From: Eledone cirrhosa
Taxonomy: Eukaryota
DNA length: 64,000 nt
Assembly: GCA_964016885.1 (NCBI GenBank)
Contig: OZ024742.1
Coordinates: 55,614,001 to 55,678,000, forward strand
Direction of reading: 5' to 3'
The notes below the pieces were generated by a model that saw nothing but the letters and a program-made list of their open reading frames with translations, did not search any database and had not been told where the DNA came from. This document shows positions 26,174 to 40,204 of this stretch, in pieces (position 1 is the stretch's first letter; every line of letters starts with the position of its first letter). Position numbers and translations under genes: made by a program.

Positions 26174-28325
26174 GGCATGTGTATGGTTATAGGAACAGGA
26201 AGGACAACCGTGTGAACGCGCATGCGCAGAAACCCGGTCACTTCACATAGGCAATAATAGACTGCGTGCGGGACGTGTAAGGGAGATAACTGCGAAAGTC
26301 CGAACAGTTTTAGGTTGAAAATAAAATAAAAAAAATTAAAAATAAAATTACAAAGAATCTGTCAGGAGCCTTGTAGTTATGCAATAGATGTTTGGTGATG
26401 TGTGGATAACGTGTGAAAAATTCACTTCTCGTGTTTAGGCAATCACTATTGCGTAATCTCTTTAGGATAGTTATTCATTCGTCAATACATAAGCCACACG
26501 TCGGATTTCCCCTTGCATATGGCTTGGACTTAGTGGTGGCTTTCCATTGAATGGAGTAGCCTATACTTGACTCGTTGAGGGACCATACGTGGCTCACGAG
26601 TTTCGTGGATGAACGTCTGTCCGGGTATCTGAAGGTAGACTGGTGGTTCAGGAAACGCTCCTTGAATCGGCCATACACCATGCTCACATAGGATTTGACC
26701 TCCTGTGGTTCGTTTGGTCGTTTGGAAGTGACCACAGCTTCATAGATTACAGCTGGTGTGTTGCATTGCTGTTGAAGGGGCAAGCTTCAGGCTCAGCAAG
26801 AGCACCCTGGTGGGGTGTTGCTCCTAGGGCTGCTGGTGATGTGGGCCTTCATGTTCTTAGCGCAGGAGTATCCTAGTTTAACTTAGTGTCGGTTAAAGAT
26901 AGAACGGTATTTGTGACCTATGGGGAAGTGTCTATCTAAGAGGGCTAGACATTTTTTACCTACATTGGTTTTAACGTTGAGTGAGAAGGGAGAAGAGAAC
27001 CAGATAGTTTGTCTATTGATGCGCTTACTTTTCTTAATGGTGTTGATGCTAGTGGGAGAGTAGGTGATAGGTTGTGTGAAGCCGCTGTTAGCCAACGCCA
27101 TGTTATAGTAGGGTGCCGCCCTGTCAAAGATAGCCTTATTAGGAGAGAGGTTTGAGATTCTAGTACTGATATTCTTAACGAAGTTTCTAAAAACAGTGGG
27201 AGGGTGGCATGAGTCCTTGTGAATGTAATTAAGTTTCTCGTTTAGATTATGGAAGGGTATGTGGGTGTGTGTGCGAAGGTCTAAATTAATGTCTAAGAAA
27301 TCTACGCTAGAGAGGTTGGTGGCTACTGTTATCCTCTAATAAGGCTATCTTTGACAGGGCGGCACCCTACTATTACACGGCGTTGGCTAACAGCGGCTTC
27401 TCACGACCTATCACCTACTCTCCCATTAGCAACAACACCATTAAGAAAAGTAAGCTCATCAATAGACAAACTATCTGGTTCTCTCCTCCCTTCTCACTCA
27501 ACGTTAAAACCAATGTAGGAAAACAATTTCTAGCCCTCTTAGATAGACACTTCACCATAGGTCATAAATACCGCTCCATCTTTAACCGACACAAAGTTAA
27601 ACTAGGATACTCATGCGCTAAGAACATGAAGGCCCACATCACCAGCAGCCCTCGGAGCAATACCCCACCAGGGTGCTCTTGCCGTAAGCCTGATGCTTAC
27701 CCCCTTCAACAGCAATGCAACACACCTGCTGGAAACAATGAAGCTGTGGTCACTTCCAACCGACCAAACGAACCACAGGAGGTCAAATCCTATGTGGGCA
27801 TGGCGGAGGGCCGATTCAAGGAGCGTTTCCTGAACCATCAGTCAACCTTCAGATACCCGGACAGACGTTCATCAACGAAACTCGCGAGCCACGTATGGTC
27901 CCTCAAGTATAGACTACTCCATTCAATGGAAAGCCATCACTAAGTCCAAGCCATACGCAACGGGAAATCCGACGTGTGGCTTATGTATTGACGAATGAAT
28001 AACTATCCTAAAGAGATAACGCAGTAGTGATTGCCTAAACACGAGAGTGAATTTTTCACACGTTGTCCACACGTAACCAAACATCGATTGCATAACTACT
28101 ATTGCATCTATTGCATAACTACAAGGCTCCGGACTGATTAAGTGTAATTTTATTTTTAATTTTTTTTCCAATTTTATTTTCGACCTAAAAACTTTCCGGG
28201 CTTTCGCAGTTATCTCCCTTACACCTCCCGCACGCAGTCTAGTATTGCCTGTGTGAAGTGACCGAGTCTCTGCGCATGCGCGTTCGTACGGTTGCCCTTC
28301 CTGTTCCTATAACCGTACACAACCC

Positions 28326-28361
28326 GAGCTGAAGATCCGCGAAGGTGAAACAATTGTTCTC
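28326..28361 (+). ncRNA. Minimal type-I hammerhead
   Basis: gag-CTGAAGA-tccgcgaaggt-GAAAC AATT GTT-ctc. Confidence 0.8.
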
Positions 28362-28466
28362 TGTATGGTGAACTAACTGCTGTGTAACCACTTCTACCTA
28401 ACTCGTCCCTTGGACTCAGTTATCTACCACTACGTATATTACCTTCCAGTGTTCCGCCACTACATA

Positions 28467-28546
<80 letters not shown>

Positions 28547-30276
28547 TTTACTATTTTCAAAACTTAGCATTTTAATACCATTAAAAAATATTGAAATCAC
28601 TTTGATTCAAATGCGAATTGCTTTCGATTTGTAGCGTTTCGAAGAAAATTATTAAGTGGGGATTAATGTAGAAAAATATGAGGATTGGGGTAGAAATTCG
28701 ACTAATGAATCAAGCGTATTATTATGTTATCAGTTCTAAAGTGCACAGACCTTTGTAGTAGCAATAAAGGAAGGTGACAAATAGACCACATCATTTGTGA
28801 ACTTGAAATTGTACAGCGTTGTTGATTAATTGCTAATGTCATTTTTATCCTTTGAAAATAAGCCAGATGTTGGTTATTGTTTTGTTATGCTGAATAATTG
28901 ATGAAATTTATTATGCCTTGGAAATAAACCAAATATCGATTTTTTCTTCATACAGATGGGAGAGTATGTTTGTATTGCCAAAGCATAATATCCTTATGTG
29001 GCGCACATGTGTTCTTTGTTGTCTATTGGCATTTCGTGACTATAACAATGTCTTAAATCATCCTAACAACAAATGGGTTTGGATATCTGGGAATAAAGGG
29101 ATGGCGATTAAAACACATTCTGAACGATTGAATCTAGTGATAGCGCATTTGACTGAAAAGTTTAGGCTGGTCTCTTGAATAGATTACTAGTGTTGTAAGA
29201 CGTTTCGAAGAAGAAGGACTACTTTATTTTAAATGCTGACAGAGGGGCTTGCTATTCAATTTTTAAAATGCTTGTATTTGACCGAAACGGAGGAACGTCG
29301 TATGAATTCACACCTTCTAATGAATGAAGATAGAAGTATTTATTTTTGTTAGATTTTACTGTGGACATGTGAAGTAGTGTACAGTTTTAATGATAGTAAA
29401 TAAATTAGATCCGCAAACATTTGAGTAGAAATTCCATATTCAGGTTCATCTAGTTGCATAAAGGAAGAGACACAAATGAGAAATAAATGGGGATTAAGAG
29501 GGACGGGGACAACAAAGGGAAATGGGATGGGTCAGATTCTAAAGCTTTGGTGGAAGATATATCTAACTGCAGCCCTACCCCAATTGAGATGGCTACATCA
29601 GCCATTCCACTTTACGCGCTTTCTTTAACAAGTAAGATGCTCTCTTCCCAATTTTGCCGAGGGAAATGAAAGTCTGGGCACCGAGTATTCAGGTGTTTAG
29701 ATGAGGACTGGCACAAAAAGAAACGGCCAATCAAAACTTCTTATTTAGAATAGTATGTGTGCACTAACTTAATATACCATTGCACGAATTATAAATAATT
29801 GTTGACATTTCATGATAAAGAAATTTACGTTATTTAAAATCAAATATACCAGGTCAATTAGTCGGTAAAATAATACTCCTTTATATCGGATTACTTATTT
29901 TTTTGGAGGAGGGGGGGGGCAGGGACGTGGGTGGGAGTGTCTTCAGACACGCCTTCCAAAGGGTGTCATGGGCAACCACAAAATGATCTGGTCCAATACC
30001 CAAATGAGATTAATCGAACTAATGTACATAATACTTCCATCTTACGTTGTTTAACATATTTGTCGCCTAGCGGTTGACCTTTTTTCCGTAAATTATGTCA
30101 TATTCTTTCCATCAACAAGCTTATCACACTTCTGCAACACTGGAGCTCTGATCTCTCGACACGTTGAATTATCCACTCAACCTGGAGCGACTCCGTGATC
30201 TCTTTGATGTGATATTAAGTAAATTAACAATTTATCTAAATTATTTAAGTTTCTGAATTACTGAATCATTTAATTC

Positions 30277-30333
<57 letters not shown>

Positions 30334-30665
30334 CAGATATGAAATTCCCGATACAAGGTTTTAACTCTCTTTGTTTATTTTTGTATATATGAATATTGAT
30401 TGTTTCTTGTATCTCATTCTGTTATTGTGCCCGTTGTACACACATAGATATGTTTTCAATTTCCAATTCAGTTCTAGCACGTGGCCTGAATTCCTTTTAG
30501 AATTCATCGCTCTGCGCATGTATTGTTTTTTGGCGGTAATATACTTCCTCATTTTTGAATCAGTTTGAGTATTTCTTTGCAACCTAACAGATATCTCAGG
30601 CACTGATGGTGATTATCGCTAAATACTGATATTGGTTAGATTATCAATATTGGTATTATTGGGCA

Positions 30666-30792
30666 CCCACTGATGAATTATAAGAGCCCACTTGAATATA
30701 TATCTGTTGATCTTATACAAGCTTCTACATAAATTGGTATAATTTCACGCAAATTGTAGGAATCTTATAGTGAAACGAGACGTCCGTCTGGG
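30666..30792 (+). ncRNA. Type-I hammerhead with ~95 nt stem II domain
   Basis: ccca-CTGATGA-attataaga...tcttatagt-GAAAC GAGACGTCC GTC-tggg. Confidence 0.85.
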
Positions 30793-31362
30793 AAGAGATG
30801 TATTCGATATGTCTCATATGAAATAATACAGCCAATTTTCCACACAATACATTTAGTTAGCACCCCGAACGTTTAATTAGGAATATACTCACTTATTTCC
30901 TAATGTTTGTTGAGTGAGTTGGAATTTGGCCGGAGTATCGCTAAAAGCTTTCTCCAATATTGTATTAATTTATTTACTCTTGGTGCAACAGATATGAAAT
31001 TTCCGGTATAAGGGTTGAACTCTCTTTGTTTATTTTTGTATATATGAATATTGATTGTTTCTTGTATCTCATTCTGTTATTTTTCCCGAGAAAATATCTA
31101 TGTGTGTCATCAAACGTTGTACACACAGATATTTATTAAATTTCCAATTGAGTTCTAGCACGTGGCCTGAATTCCTTTTAGAATTCATCGCCCTGCGCAT
31201 GTATTGTTTTTTTGGCGGTAATATACTTCCTCATTTTTTAATCAGTTTTAGTATTTCTTTGGAACTGCTGGAGTAGCAACCTAACAGATACCTCAGGCAT
31301 TGATGGTGATTATCGCTAAATACTGATATTGGTTAGATTATCAATATTGGTATTATTGGGCA

Positions 31363-31489
31363 TTCACTGATGAATTATAAAAGCCCACTTGAATATATAT
31401 CTGTTGATCTTATACAAGCTTCTACATAAATTGGTATAATTTCACCCAAATTATAGGAATGTTATAATGAAATGAGACGTCCGTCTGGG
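31363..31489 (+). ncRNA. Type-I hammerhead (second tandem copy)
   Basis: ttca-CTGATGA-attataa...ttataat-GAAAT GAGACGTCC GTC-tggg. Confidence 0.75.
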
Positions 31490-31677
31490 AAGAGATGTAT
31501 TCGATATGTGTCATATGAAATAATACAGCCAATTTTCCACACAATACATTTAGTTAGCACCTCGAACATCTAATTAGGAATATACTCACTTATTTCCTAA
31601 TGTTTGTTGAGTGAGTTGTAATTTGGCCGGAGTATCGCTAAAAGCTTTCTCCAATATTGTATTTATATTTATATATA

Positions 31678-31742
<65 letters not shown>

Positions 31743-32272
31743 GAATAATCGAGAATCGGAATATCAGCCCACGAAATCACGATAAACAATATCCGATATA
31801 TGTGGCAGAGGGCTCAATAATTTGGAAAAATCAGAGCTATAACTATCGTTAAAATACCAACACATAGAGATCATGCCTAAAATCACCCATGCAGCCGAAA
31901 AAGAACGACCAGGAAGATTCGGGTCACTCAAATAAAATATCAATAATTTAATAAATTAAATGAATGTAAAAAACTCACCCGGACTCGCTAGAACGATGTT
32001 AAATCTAGCTTCTTGGGTTTCTGCAATTCCTTAATCCAATCACTATCAGCCCACATAAAAGATATATAAGACTTCTAGAGAAGAGATGAACGAGGAAAGG
32101 CTTCTTCAACGAGTATTTCGTTCCATAATACAGAGGGGACCGAAGCCAAACAACGCACATGGTATCCAGCAAGGGAGGGAACCCTTATATTAGCGAAAGA
32201 ATTCGGTGATGTGTAAATTATGTAAGAATACAAATTATCACATATCGAATCAGAGTGCTCAACAGACATGTT

Positions 32273-32322
<50 letters not shown>

Positions 32323-32329
32323 AAATTAA

Positions 32330-32851
32330 GATGGATGAAGAAGAAGGAAACAAGAAGAAAGGAAAATAGAAAATTTACAAAAATATCCAGATAACATCAA
32401 CAATATCCGTATCACAGACGTAGCATTACCGGCAGAATTTACCAAAGATCAAACAATAAATATTTATGGGAACACTTTAATCAATGAACAAGAACAACAG
32501 GCTCTACAGCTCCCACCGAAATTTGCTATCTACAAAAAGATAAATCCAATCGAATGTAAAACGGATCTGTAGAAGTGTTTCACAAAAATACGTTGGAAAT
32601 CGAATATAAACAACAACAACTATACGGACAATAACTCTGAGTATAGAAATAACAGGTATAATATTAATAGCCATAACAAGAAAAATAGCAGGAGAGTGAG
32701 AATAATAATAATAATAATGGTAGTAATATTAACGATAGACAGAACAACAACAACAACCACAATAATAATAATGGAAACATTAATGACAGACACAACAGCA
32801 ACAACTGTAGTAATAATGGAAATAATACGAGTAACAACATTAATTATAGAT

Positions 32852-32882
<31 letters not shown>

Positions 32883-35800
32883 CCACAGTAGTAATAATGG
32901 AAATAATACGAGTAGCAACACTAATGATAGACACAAAAACAACAACAACAAAAAGAAGAAACATAATAATAAAAGTAACAACCACAATGGTAGAAATAAC
33001 AGTAACAACAACAATAACAATAGAGAAAACAACAATACATCTATCAATCATAACAATAATAATAATGTTAAAGGTAGGAACAACAACCATACTAACAATA
33101 ATAGCAACACACACAACTTTGACGATAGATATAATGACAACCCCTTAGAGAAACTATTCTTCAATCCAGCTGACAAAACATATAAGATAAGTAAAATTTA
33201 TCCTACGAGGTTACCCTTTAAGAAAAGGGTTTGTATACCACAACAAATAGATGATGAGACACAGTTCACCATAGCTAGAAATAAGATTAGAAAAATAGTA
33301 GACCGATATCCTAAGAGTCAAAGCAGACCAGAGGTCCAACAACTTGGAAGGAGATATGTATAAGGCTTAGTTAGCTTCAAGCAGCGCACAAGGGATGGTG
33401 AGGTAGTATGTCTACCAACGGATAAGTCTGGTAGGATGTCAATAGACAGCATGCCGAACTACATAAAGGCTATGCAACCCCATATCACCAACACGAGCGA
33501 AATTACACAACAAACACGAGAGGGGAGAGAGAAGATCCTTAACGCTGACATGATGTGGACCGACATCATAATCCAAGCAGATGCACTGCCAACAACTTCC
33601 AGGCGTCTACCAATGACATACCACCCTTGTATGGGCTCCGCAAAGAACATAAGACAGTCGACGACACGATAACAGGACCACCAGCAATACCTGTATGCGG
33701 AGCCAATATCGCTAGCAATTACAGGAACTCCTACTTCCTCTCAATGATTATACGCCCCATAATGAAGATCTCCCCAGATGCATGTGACAGTACAGAGGAC
33801 CTCCTCAGCAGAATCAACGAATGGGACAAAAACAAAAACCAATCTAACTGCATAATAGGCAGTATGAACGTGGTATCACTATACCCATCCATTAACATTG
33901 ATTTTGCTGTGGAAAAATGTGTGGAGATGATCAGTGAGAGTGAGGTGGAGTTCTGCGACGTCGACACAGATGAATTGGGCCTCCTACTTAGACTTACCTA
34001 TGACACCGACTACCTAGACAGCCATGACCTTAGCAGTTGCTGCCCCTGTAGACCCATAAGAGGTAGACACCCCCACCATAACCTCAATGACAAAAAAGAC
34101 TCCCATGGGAAGGTGGATTGGGTAGACCAAAGCCATACGGACCCCCACAAAAAATAACAAACATCAGGTAAGAAAAATGGTCGCGCATGCAATAAGGGCT
34201 ATTATTAAAACTACCCTAAAGGGCCACATATTCAAATTCAACGAAAAGATCTACACCCAAAATAATGGAGCAGCCATTGGCGTCAGCATTACTGGTGACG
34301 TTGTCGACCTTTTTATGGTATGGTGGGAAAGGAGACTCAAAGATCTCCATGATGAGAGCTCCATAGACCTCATCATGTACTATCGATACGTAGCCGATAT
34401 TAATATAGTAATAAGGACACCCCCACAAGAGAAAACTAACAAGTATCATTTAGAATGTAGCAAAATGGAAAGCATCCAGCAGATAGCTAACTCCATACAC
34501 CAGAATATAACTGTAACTATCGACTAACCGTCCAAACACCCTAACAATAGACTACCTTTATTAGACACAGAATTCTGGATTAACACTATAGACGAAAGGG
34601 CCCAAATTTTCCACTCACACTACGCTAAAACCATGGCCTCCAAATACCTGATACTCAAATCTCAGCAATGTCCAGTAGTGATAAGTTTAATATTCTGATC
34701 GCAGACTTGGTACGAGTGATGAAGAACGTGTCCCGCATGTGCGACCCAACAGAAATGGAAAAGCACATCCAACACATCATCAACTGCATGCAGTTCTCTG
34801 GCTACAACCAAAGAGACAGAATCAAAGTATACAAAGGAGCCGGGGAGAAGTATAAGACCCTCATAGAACTTGACATGAAAGGAATTTGCCCATTATACGG
34901 GAGCAAATGATGGAATAGCTTAGATAGGACTAAACATAAGATAGGGAAAGCCACCTCATGGTACAACAACCAGAGATACCAGAGTGTTATGTTCGTGAAC
35001 GCTACCCCTGGAGAGAAATTAGCTAATCAGTGTAGAAAGGCCCTGAGAAAGACCCACTTAAAGATTAAAGTGGTAGAAAAGCCAGGACCTACCATAAAAT
35101 CCCTAATTGGCAAAACATACCCTTTTAAGAAAACCCACTGTACTAATAAGAAATGTGTTATATGTAAAGTAAACCCCCGGATAAACGGTAAAACTTGAAA
35201 CGTAGCATAAGATGTACAGAGGGTACGTGCAGAAATATGACAACACCATACATAGGCGAGACAGCTCGTAGCCTAGGAGAAAGGATAGACTAACACTGGG
35301 GGGAACTAAATGGACGAAAACACGGTTCAGTACTATACGAATACACGAGACAACAACATGACGGTAACATAGACAGCATAGAAATTAAAGTAATATCAAA
35401 ACATAGAAATGACCCAGCATATAGGCAAATCAGAGAGGCAAGTGAAATAGAGCTTAGAAGGCCAAAGCTAAACAGAAAAAATGAATGGAATATCAACAAC
35501 ACCCAAACAAACTATAATAACTTAAGAGAAATATAAATAGATAATTAAATAAATAAATATATACACAAGCACAATAACAACAAACAAATATAAACACACA
35601 CTAGTAAACTAAGATAGGATACAATAACCAAAGACAGTCACCCAACGCGAACACACACCAAACACTATACATACAAGCAAACGCATGCGCAGAGAAGACA
35701 AATATAAATAAATAAATAAACAGATAAAATAAAAATCGCGTAGATATACAATACAACAAGAGGAACATAATACTACCACTGATGATGTTGCAGATGTGCA

Positions 35801-36022
35801 ACGAAAGAACTATGTTAGACTATATATATGTGTTTATATCTATATTATATCTGTATTTTTGATCGTTGGTCAGTCCATAGTGAACATTGAGGACCGAATG
35901 AATTAACTGTGGAGATATAAAAGATACAGAAGCGAAAACCAACCAAACAGTGAGTGTGTTCTGTTATTATTTCTGGCAATATTATTACAACAATATGACC
36001 CCCCCCCCCCCAAGTATCACAA
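32330..36022 (+). mobile_element. Near-full-length decayed PLE (RT plus C-terminal GIY-YIG) of a different lineage
   Basis: DKSGRM, PPLYGLRKEHK, GSMNVVSLYPSI, YTQNNGAAIG, YRYVADIN, LPLLDT, CTNKKCVIC, YIGETARSLGER; several stops and frameshifts; 3' UTR with CTGATGA-gttgca/tgcaac-GAAA at 35779-35806. Confidence 0.88.
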
Positions 36023-36026
36023 TATA

Positions 36027-36059
<33 letters not shown>

Positions 36060-36098
36060 GTGTGTATGTAAATATAAATATATATGTGTGTGTGTGTA

Positions 36099-36131
<33 letters not shown>

Positions 36132-36399
36132 TCATGAAAGTACTACAACGGTGCTATACCAGGTACGTAGGGAAAAAAAGGAACAAATTGGATGGGGCAA
36201 ATGCTGAAGCCTCTGAAGGACGATATATCTAAGAGCCTCCACCACCCTAAAAAAAGATGGCTACATATATAACACGTTAAATGTATACCAAAATCTCAAT
36301 TTGGGGGGAAATAAGTCCAACTGACAAAATATTACAGACAAATAATTTTTATTTATATATACATGCATTTAGATATTTCCACAGTGCCGGCTATAGAGA

Positions 36400-37490
36400 G
36401 GATGGAAGAGTAGGAATGGTATAAGGTGATAGCTAGTGTATGTTCGAGTCTCAATTTTCAATGTGAATCCCAAAACCCTGAAAATAGGATAGGGAATTCA
36501 GTAAATACAATACAGGGTATAGTAGAATATGTTGTTTCTTTGAAGAATCTATGAGGTCTGACAGAGTCTGAATATTCCCGACAGGGAAGCAGCAATGCAT
36601 GGTCCAGGTGGGCGGTACACAAAGCCCAATGCAGCCAAAACCCGAGTGGTGTGTAGTTAGTCCCATGCTGGCGATAGCTGTACACTGGAGTCAGTGCCGC
36701 TGTTCATTATTACATCTGATGACATGATATTACTTAAACCGTCGAAAAGGTGATTACCAACATGTAGATTTGCTGCCAAGTGCTGCGTGGCATCAATGAA
36801 TATCAGTGCTGCGAAAACATTCGTCCTCTCAATGTAGCCTGCGCAATGCACTATACATGGAGTTCCATTAAAGGAGTTGGTGTTCACGTATCCCTGTGCC
36901 GTTTTCATGAGTGATAGAAAGCAAGAGGCTAAATTAAGCGCATGAATTGCAGGAGCAGATGCAGGAATGCGCCAGATTTATCATACAAACATTATTAGTT
37001 GTAAAAGCAAAACTTACTATTTTCAATTCTGTATTCGTAACAAAATGTTACTATGGTCATGAATCTTGGGTAATGACAGGGTGATTATGATTGGGAATAA
37101 AGCGGTAGAAATGGGCTTCCTTCAAATGGTTCTTGGAATAGCGTTACTCGATAGATTGTATAGCTCGAAGATCAGAGAAAGTCTCTAGGTAGATCAACTA
37201 ATCCTACGAACTGAGAGATTACAGCTCCGATACTGCGGACATATGGTCAGAATATATAAGGAAAGAAAAGCTGGACAGATTTTACAGGCACAACCAACAA
37301 ACAAGAGACACGGGTGTTGACCAAAAGTTTTATTTTTGAATAATATCCAAGAGCTCAGTTGGATACACCTCATGATCCAATCGGATCAATTGTAGACAGT
37401 TGCTTCCGATAGAACCCACTTGAGGGCATACATACGAACTCTACCACGCGGTTCTCTAGGAATAGATGGGCAAAGAATATTGAGAATTCA
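36400..37490 (+). mobile_element. Decayed RTE-type LINE, RT C-terminal part
   Basis: SDDMILL, YGHESWVMT, VEMGFL, IRESL, QLRYCGHMVR remnants. Confidence 0.7.
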
Positions 37491-37572
37491 TTGACCGAAC
37501 ATATAGCACTGTCGAGCAACTCCCGTCTCGTCCATGGTTAGTCAAACAAGCTAACTGCTAAGCTTCTTGTCA

Positions 37573-37603
<31 letters not shown>

Positions 37604-37744
37604 TATATGTTGGTTGTATACCAACACCTCAGAATGCAGATTGGAGCACTCGACGAAGTGCGCAGGTTGGTTTGGTTAATCCGGAGTAATGTAAAATAAA
37701 ATAAAATAAATAAGTCAAATGTTTAAAATTTGGCTTCGTTTATT

Positions 37745-37799
37745 ACTGCTATATATATTTCGGTGACAGCCATTTTTGGCTGTGACCTCTTCAGGCTGT
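37745..37799 (-). ncRNA. Type-I hammerhead with TATATA stem III
   Basis: acagc-CTGAAGA-ggtcacagcc aaaaat ggctgtcacc-GAAA TATATA TA-gcagt. Confidence 0.8.
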
Positions 37800-38016
37800 C
37801 CGAATTAGTGTGGTAGAGACGTGTACACATGTTGTTGAGGTGTTTAACTTTGTCAATACTCTGATATGCCCAGTTCCTGGTTGGGTTGTTATTTCACTGA
37901 GGATATGATTCCAGTTCCTCAGTGAAATAACAACCCAACCAGGAACTGGGCATATCAGAGTATTGACAAAGTTAAACACCTCAACATGTGTACTCGTCTC
38001 TACCACACTAATTCGG

Positions 38017-38073
38017 ACTGCCTGAAGAATTCACAGCCAAAGATGGCTGTCACCGAAATATATATATAGCAGT
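38017..38073 (+). ncRNA. Type-I hammerhead with (TA)n stem III
   Basis: actgc-CTGAAGA-..acagcc..ggctgtcacc-GAAA TATATATA TA-gcagt-AATAAA. Confidence 0.8.
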
Positions 38074-38147
38074 AATAAACGAAGCCAAATTTTAAACATT
38101 TGACTTTTTTATTTTATTTTATTTTATATATATATATATATATATAA

Positions 38148-38893
38148 GTGGATTTGTCGATAAGGTAGCATATACAGAGTACGAAAATAGACCTAGAAGA
38201 AATAAATCCCGTCGCATTTGTTGGTTTAACCCACCATATAATATGGAGGTGGCCACACCATTAGCTAAGATCTTTCTTTCCCTTATTACGAAGCATTTTC
38301 CCACTACAAATAAATATAGTAAAAATTTAAATAGAAATACTATTAAAATTTCTTACTCTACGACTCCTAAGCTTGCACATAACATCACAGCTTCAAATTT
38401 AGCTAAACTACCTAGCCGTGGGAACACGTGCAACCCTGTAGTTAGTACTAACTGTAATTGTAGGAATCGGGCTGATTGCCCCCTATCCGGGAAATGCCTC
38501 TCTAGTAACATTGTCTACAAATGTAAGGTTGTAACACCCACGTCCCGTAGGGCCTACATAGGGTTAACCGCCAACAGTTTCAAGCAGCGTCTTTACATTG
38601 ATACCCATTCTTTTCGTTACCCTCTAAGAAGGAATATGACGTCACTTTCAGCTTATATCTGGAGTCTAAAAGACAACCACACCCAATATAAGTTACACTG
38701 GGAGATCCTAGCTAGGGCTAGATCGTATAACGGAAATAAAAGACCATGTGACATCTGCGCCGCTGAGGCACTGGAAATACTCTACGCCACAGACCACATC
38801 TTAAACAAAAAATCTGAGGCAATTTCGGCTTGTAAACATAAATTGCACAAAACGTTCCTGTATTACAGCCCCACGTTATACCCTAACGGATAG
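38148..38893 (+). CDS. 5'-truncated PLE ORF: linker plus GIY-YIG endonuclease
   Basis: CWFNPPY, KHFP, KISYS, CNCRNRADCPLSGKCL, NIVYKC..AYIGLT..FKQRL, CDIC..E, CKH. Confidence 0.9.
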
Positions 38894-39813
38894 CACGATC
38901 TATACGTGGATATTTTACGTCTTGATGTGGGAGCTAAGTATATGTATTGTTTATTCCTTTACTTATTTGCATAGGTAAGTATATATTACCCGTATGTTTT
39001 GTGAAGGTATGTATACCTTCTCGTACGTATATTTGACTGTTATGGCGTATAATTTTTACATATTCTAGCATTTAGGGTTTGGCTATGTGTATACGGGAGT
39101 TTTGCGTCTGCGTGAGTATGCAGGTTCGTACGTATGGTGGGTGTGTGTATATGTGTACTTCTTGTTTTAGTTGACTTACGTCTCCGAAAATTCGTGTATT
39201 TATTTGTAGGTATGTGTGTGCGCTTGTTATATACGTATTTATTTACTTATATACGTTTATATAATTATTTATTTATTTGTACACAAGCATACACACACAC
39301 ACATATTTATATGTGCGTGGTTTTGTATACCTATGGTAAGGTTTTGCGTATGCTTGTGTATGTACGTATCTGTTTGCGTGTATGTATTTATTTGTTTCTA
39401 TTACTTCTGTATTGTATTTATTTACTTTGTTCTTAACCCTGTAGCGGAGATTCATTTGGTCTCCTAGTTAGAATTTTAGTCTACAACTTCTGCTATACCA
39501 TTTACGTGGTTTTGTCTTTGCGTGCTATTGTTCTCTACGCTCCACATATGACTTATTATCTTCGTTTTTTCGTTCATTGCCAGAGAACGTCTCTATGCAC
39601 CACCTAAGAGAACATTAGTCTACGACCTTTTTTATACCATAAACGTGGTTCTATCTTTGCGCGTAATTGTTTTTCACCGCTCCTATTAATGACGTATTAT
39701 TCGTTTTTTCCCGTTCTTTGCCAGCGAACGATTCCACGAACCAAAGTATCATCTTCCTCCGGTTGCAACGTTTTTTGAAATATCCAGTTCTGCGTTTACA
39801 GATTGACTTTGTT

Positions 39814-39864
39814 AGTTTCAGAAGATCTCGTTAAGGGTGAAAGCAGCGAATCTTTGCTTAAACT
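39814..39864 (+). ncRNA. Hammerhead-like motif with CAGAAGA core at the 3' end of the 38148-39880 PLE
   Basis: agttt-CAGAAGA-tctc gtta agggt-GAAA GCA..TGC TT-aaact; further copies at 41746-41796 (+) and a 3' half at ~42350-42391 (-). Confidence 0.6.
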
Positions 39865-39875
39865 TTAATCTGTTA

Positions 39876-39957
<82 letters not shown>

Positions 39958-39977
39958 CATATATATATATACATATG

Positions 39978-40033
<56 letters not shown>

Positions 40034-40058
40034 TATATACATATATATATACATATAT

Positions 40059-40204
<146 letters not shown>

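Larger units (their letters stand above)
26104..28462. mobile_element. Head-to-head inverted pair of 5'-truncated PLEs (minus 26104-27333, plus 27334-28462) encoding RT thumb and GIY-YIG remnants
   Basis: ORFs 26475-26783(-), 26883-27101(-) and 27383-27943(+): IWFSPPFS, CSC, SYVGMAEGRFKERFLNH, CGLC; (TA)n at both ends. Confidence 0.9.
30332..31663 (+). repeat. Direct tandem of two ~650-680 bp HHR-containing units between (TA)n tracts
   Basis: 30332-30966 is closely similar to 30988-31663; no credible ORF. Confidence 0.9.
37608..38125. mobile_element. Fold-back pLTR pair (~210 bp arms) with tail on the left
   Basis: ~37693-37902 is the reverse complement of ~37917-38125; (TA)n flanks. Confidence 0.88.

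Noticed and set aside
31740-32276. Repeat fragments (31745-31845 resembles 12368-12460) that might be PLE N-terminal coding sequence
   Set aside because: No diagnostic motif; cannot be classified by eye.
32620-33148. Hydrophobic V/I- or T/I-rich ORFs that look like membrane or mucin proteins
   Set aside because: Alternative frames of the AAC/AAT tract inside the PLE.
26104-35520. In-frame TGA codons in PLE ORFs as selenocysteine recoding
   Set aside because: They co-occur with TAA/TAG stops and frameshifts, I did not see them aligned to conserved Cys positions, and the EN is C-terminal rather than Naiad-like.
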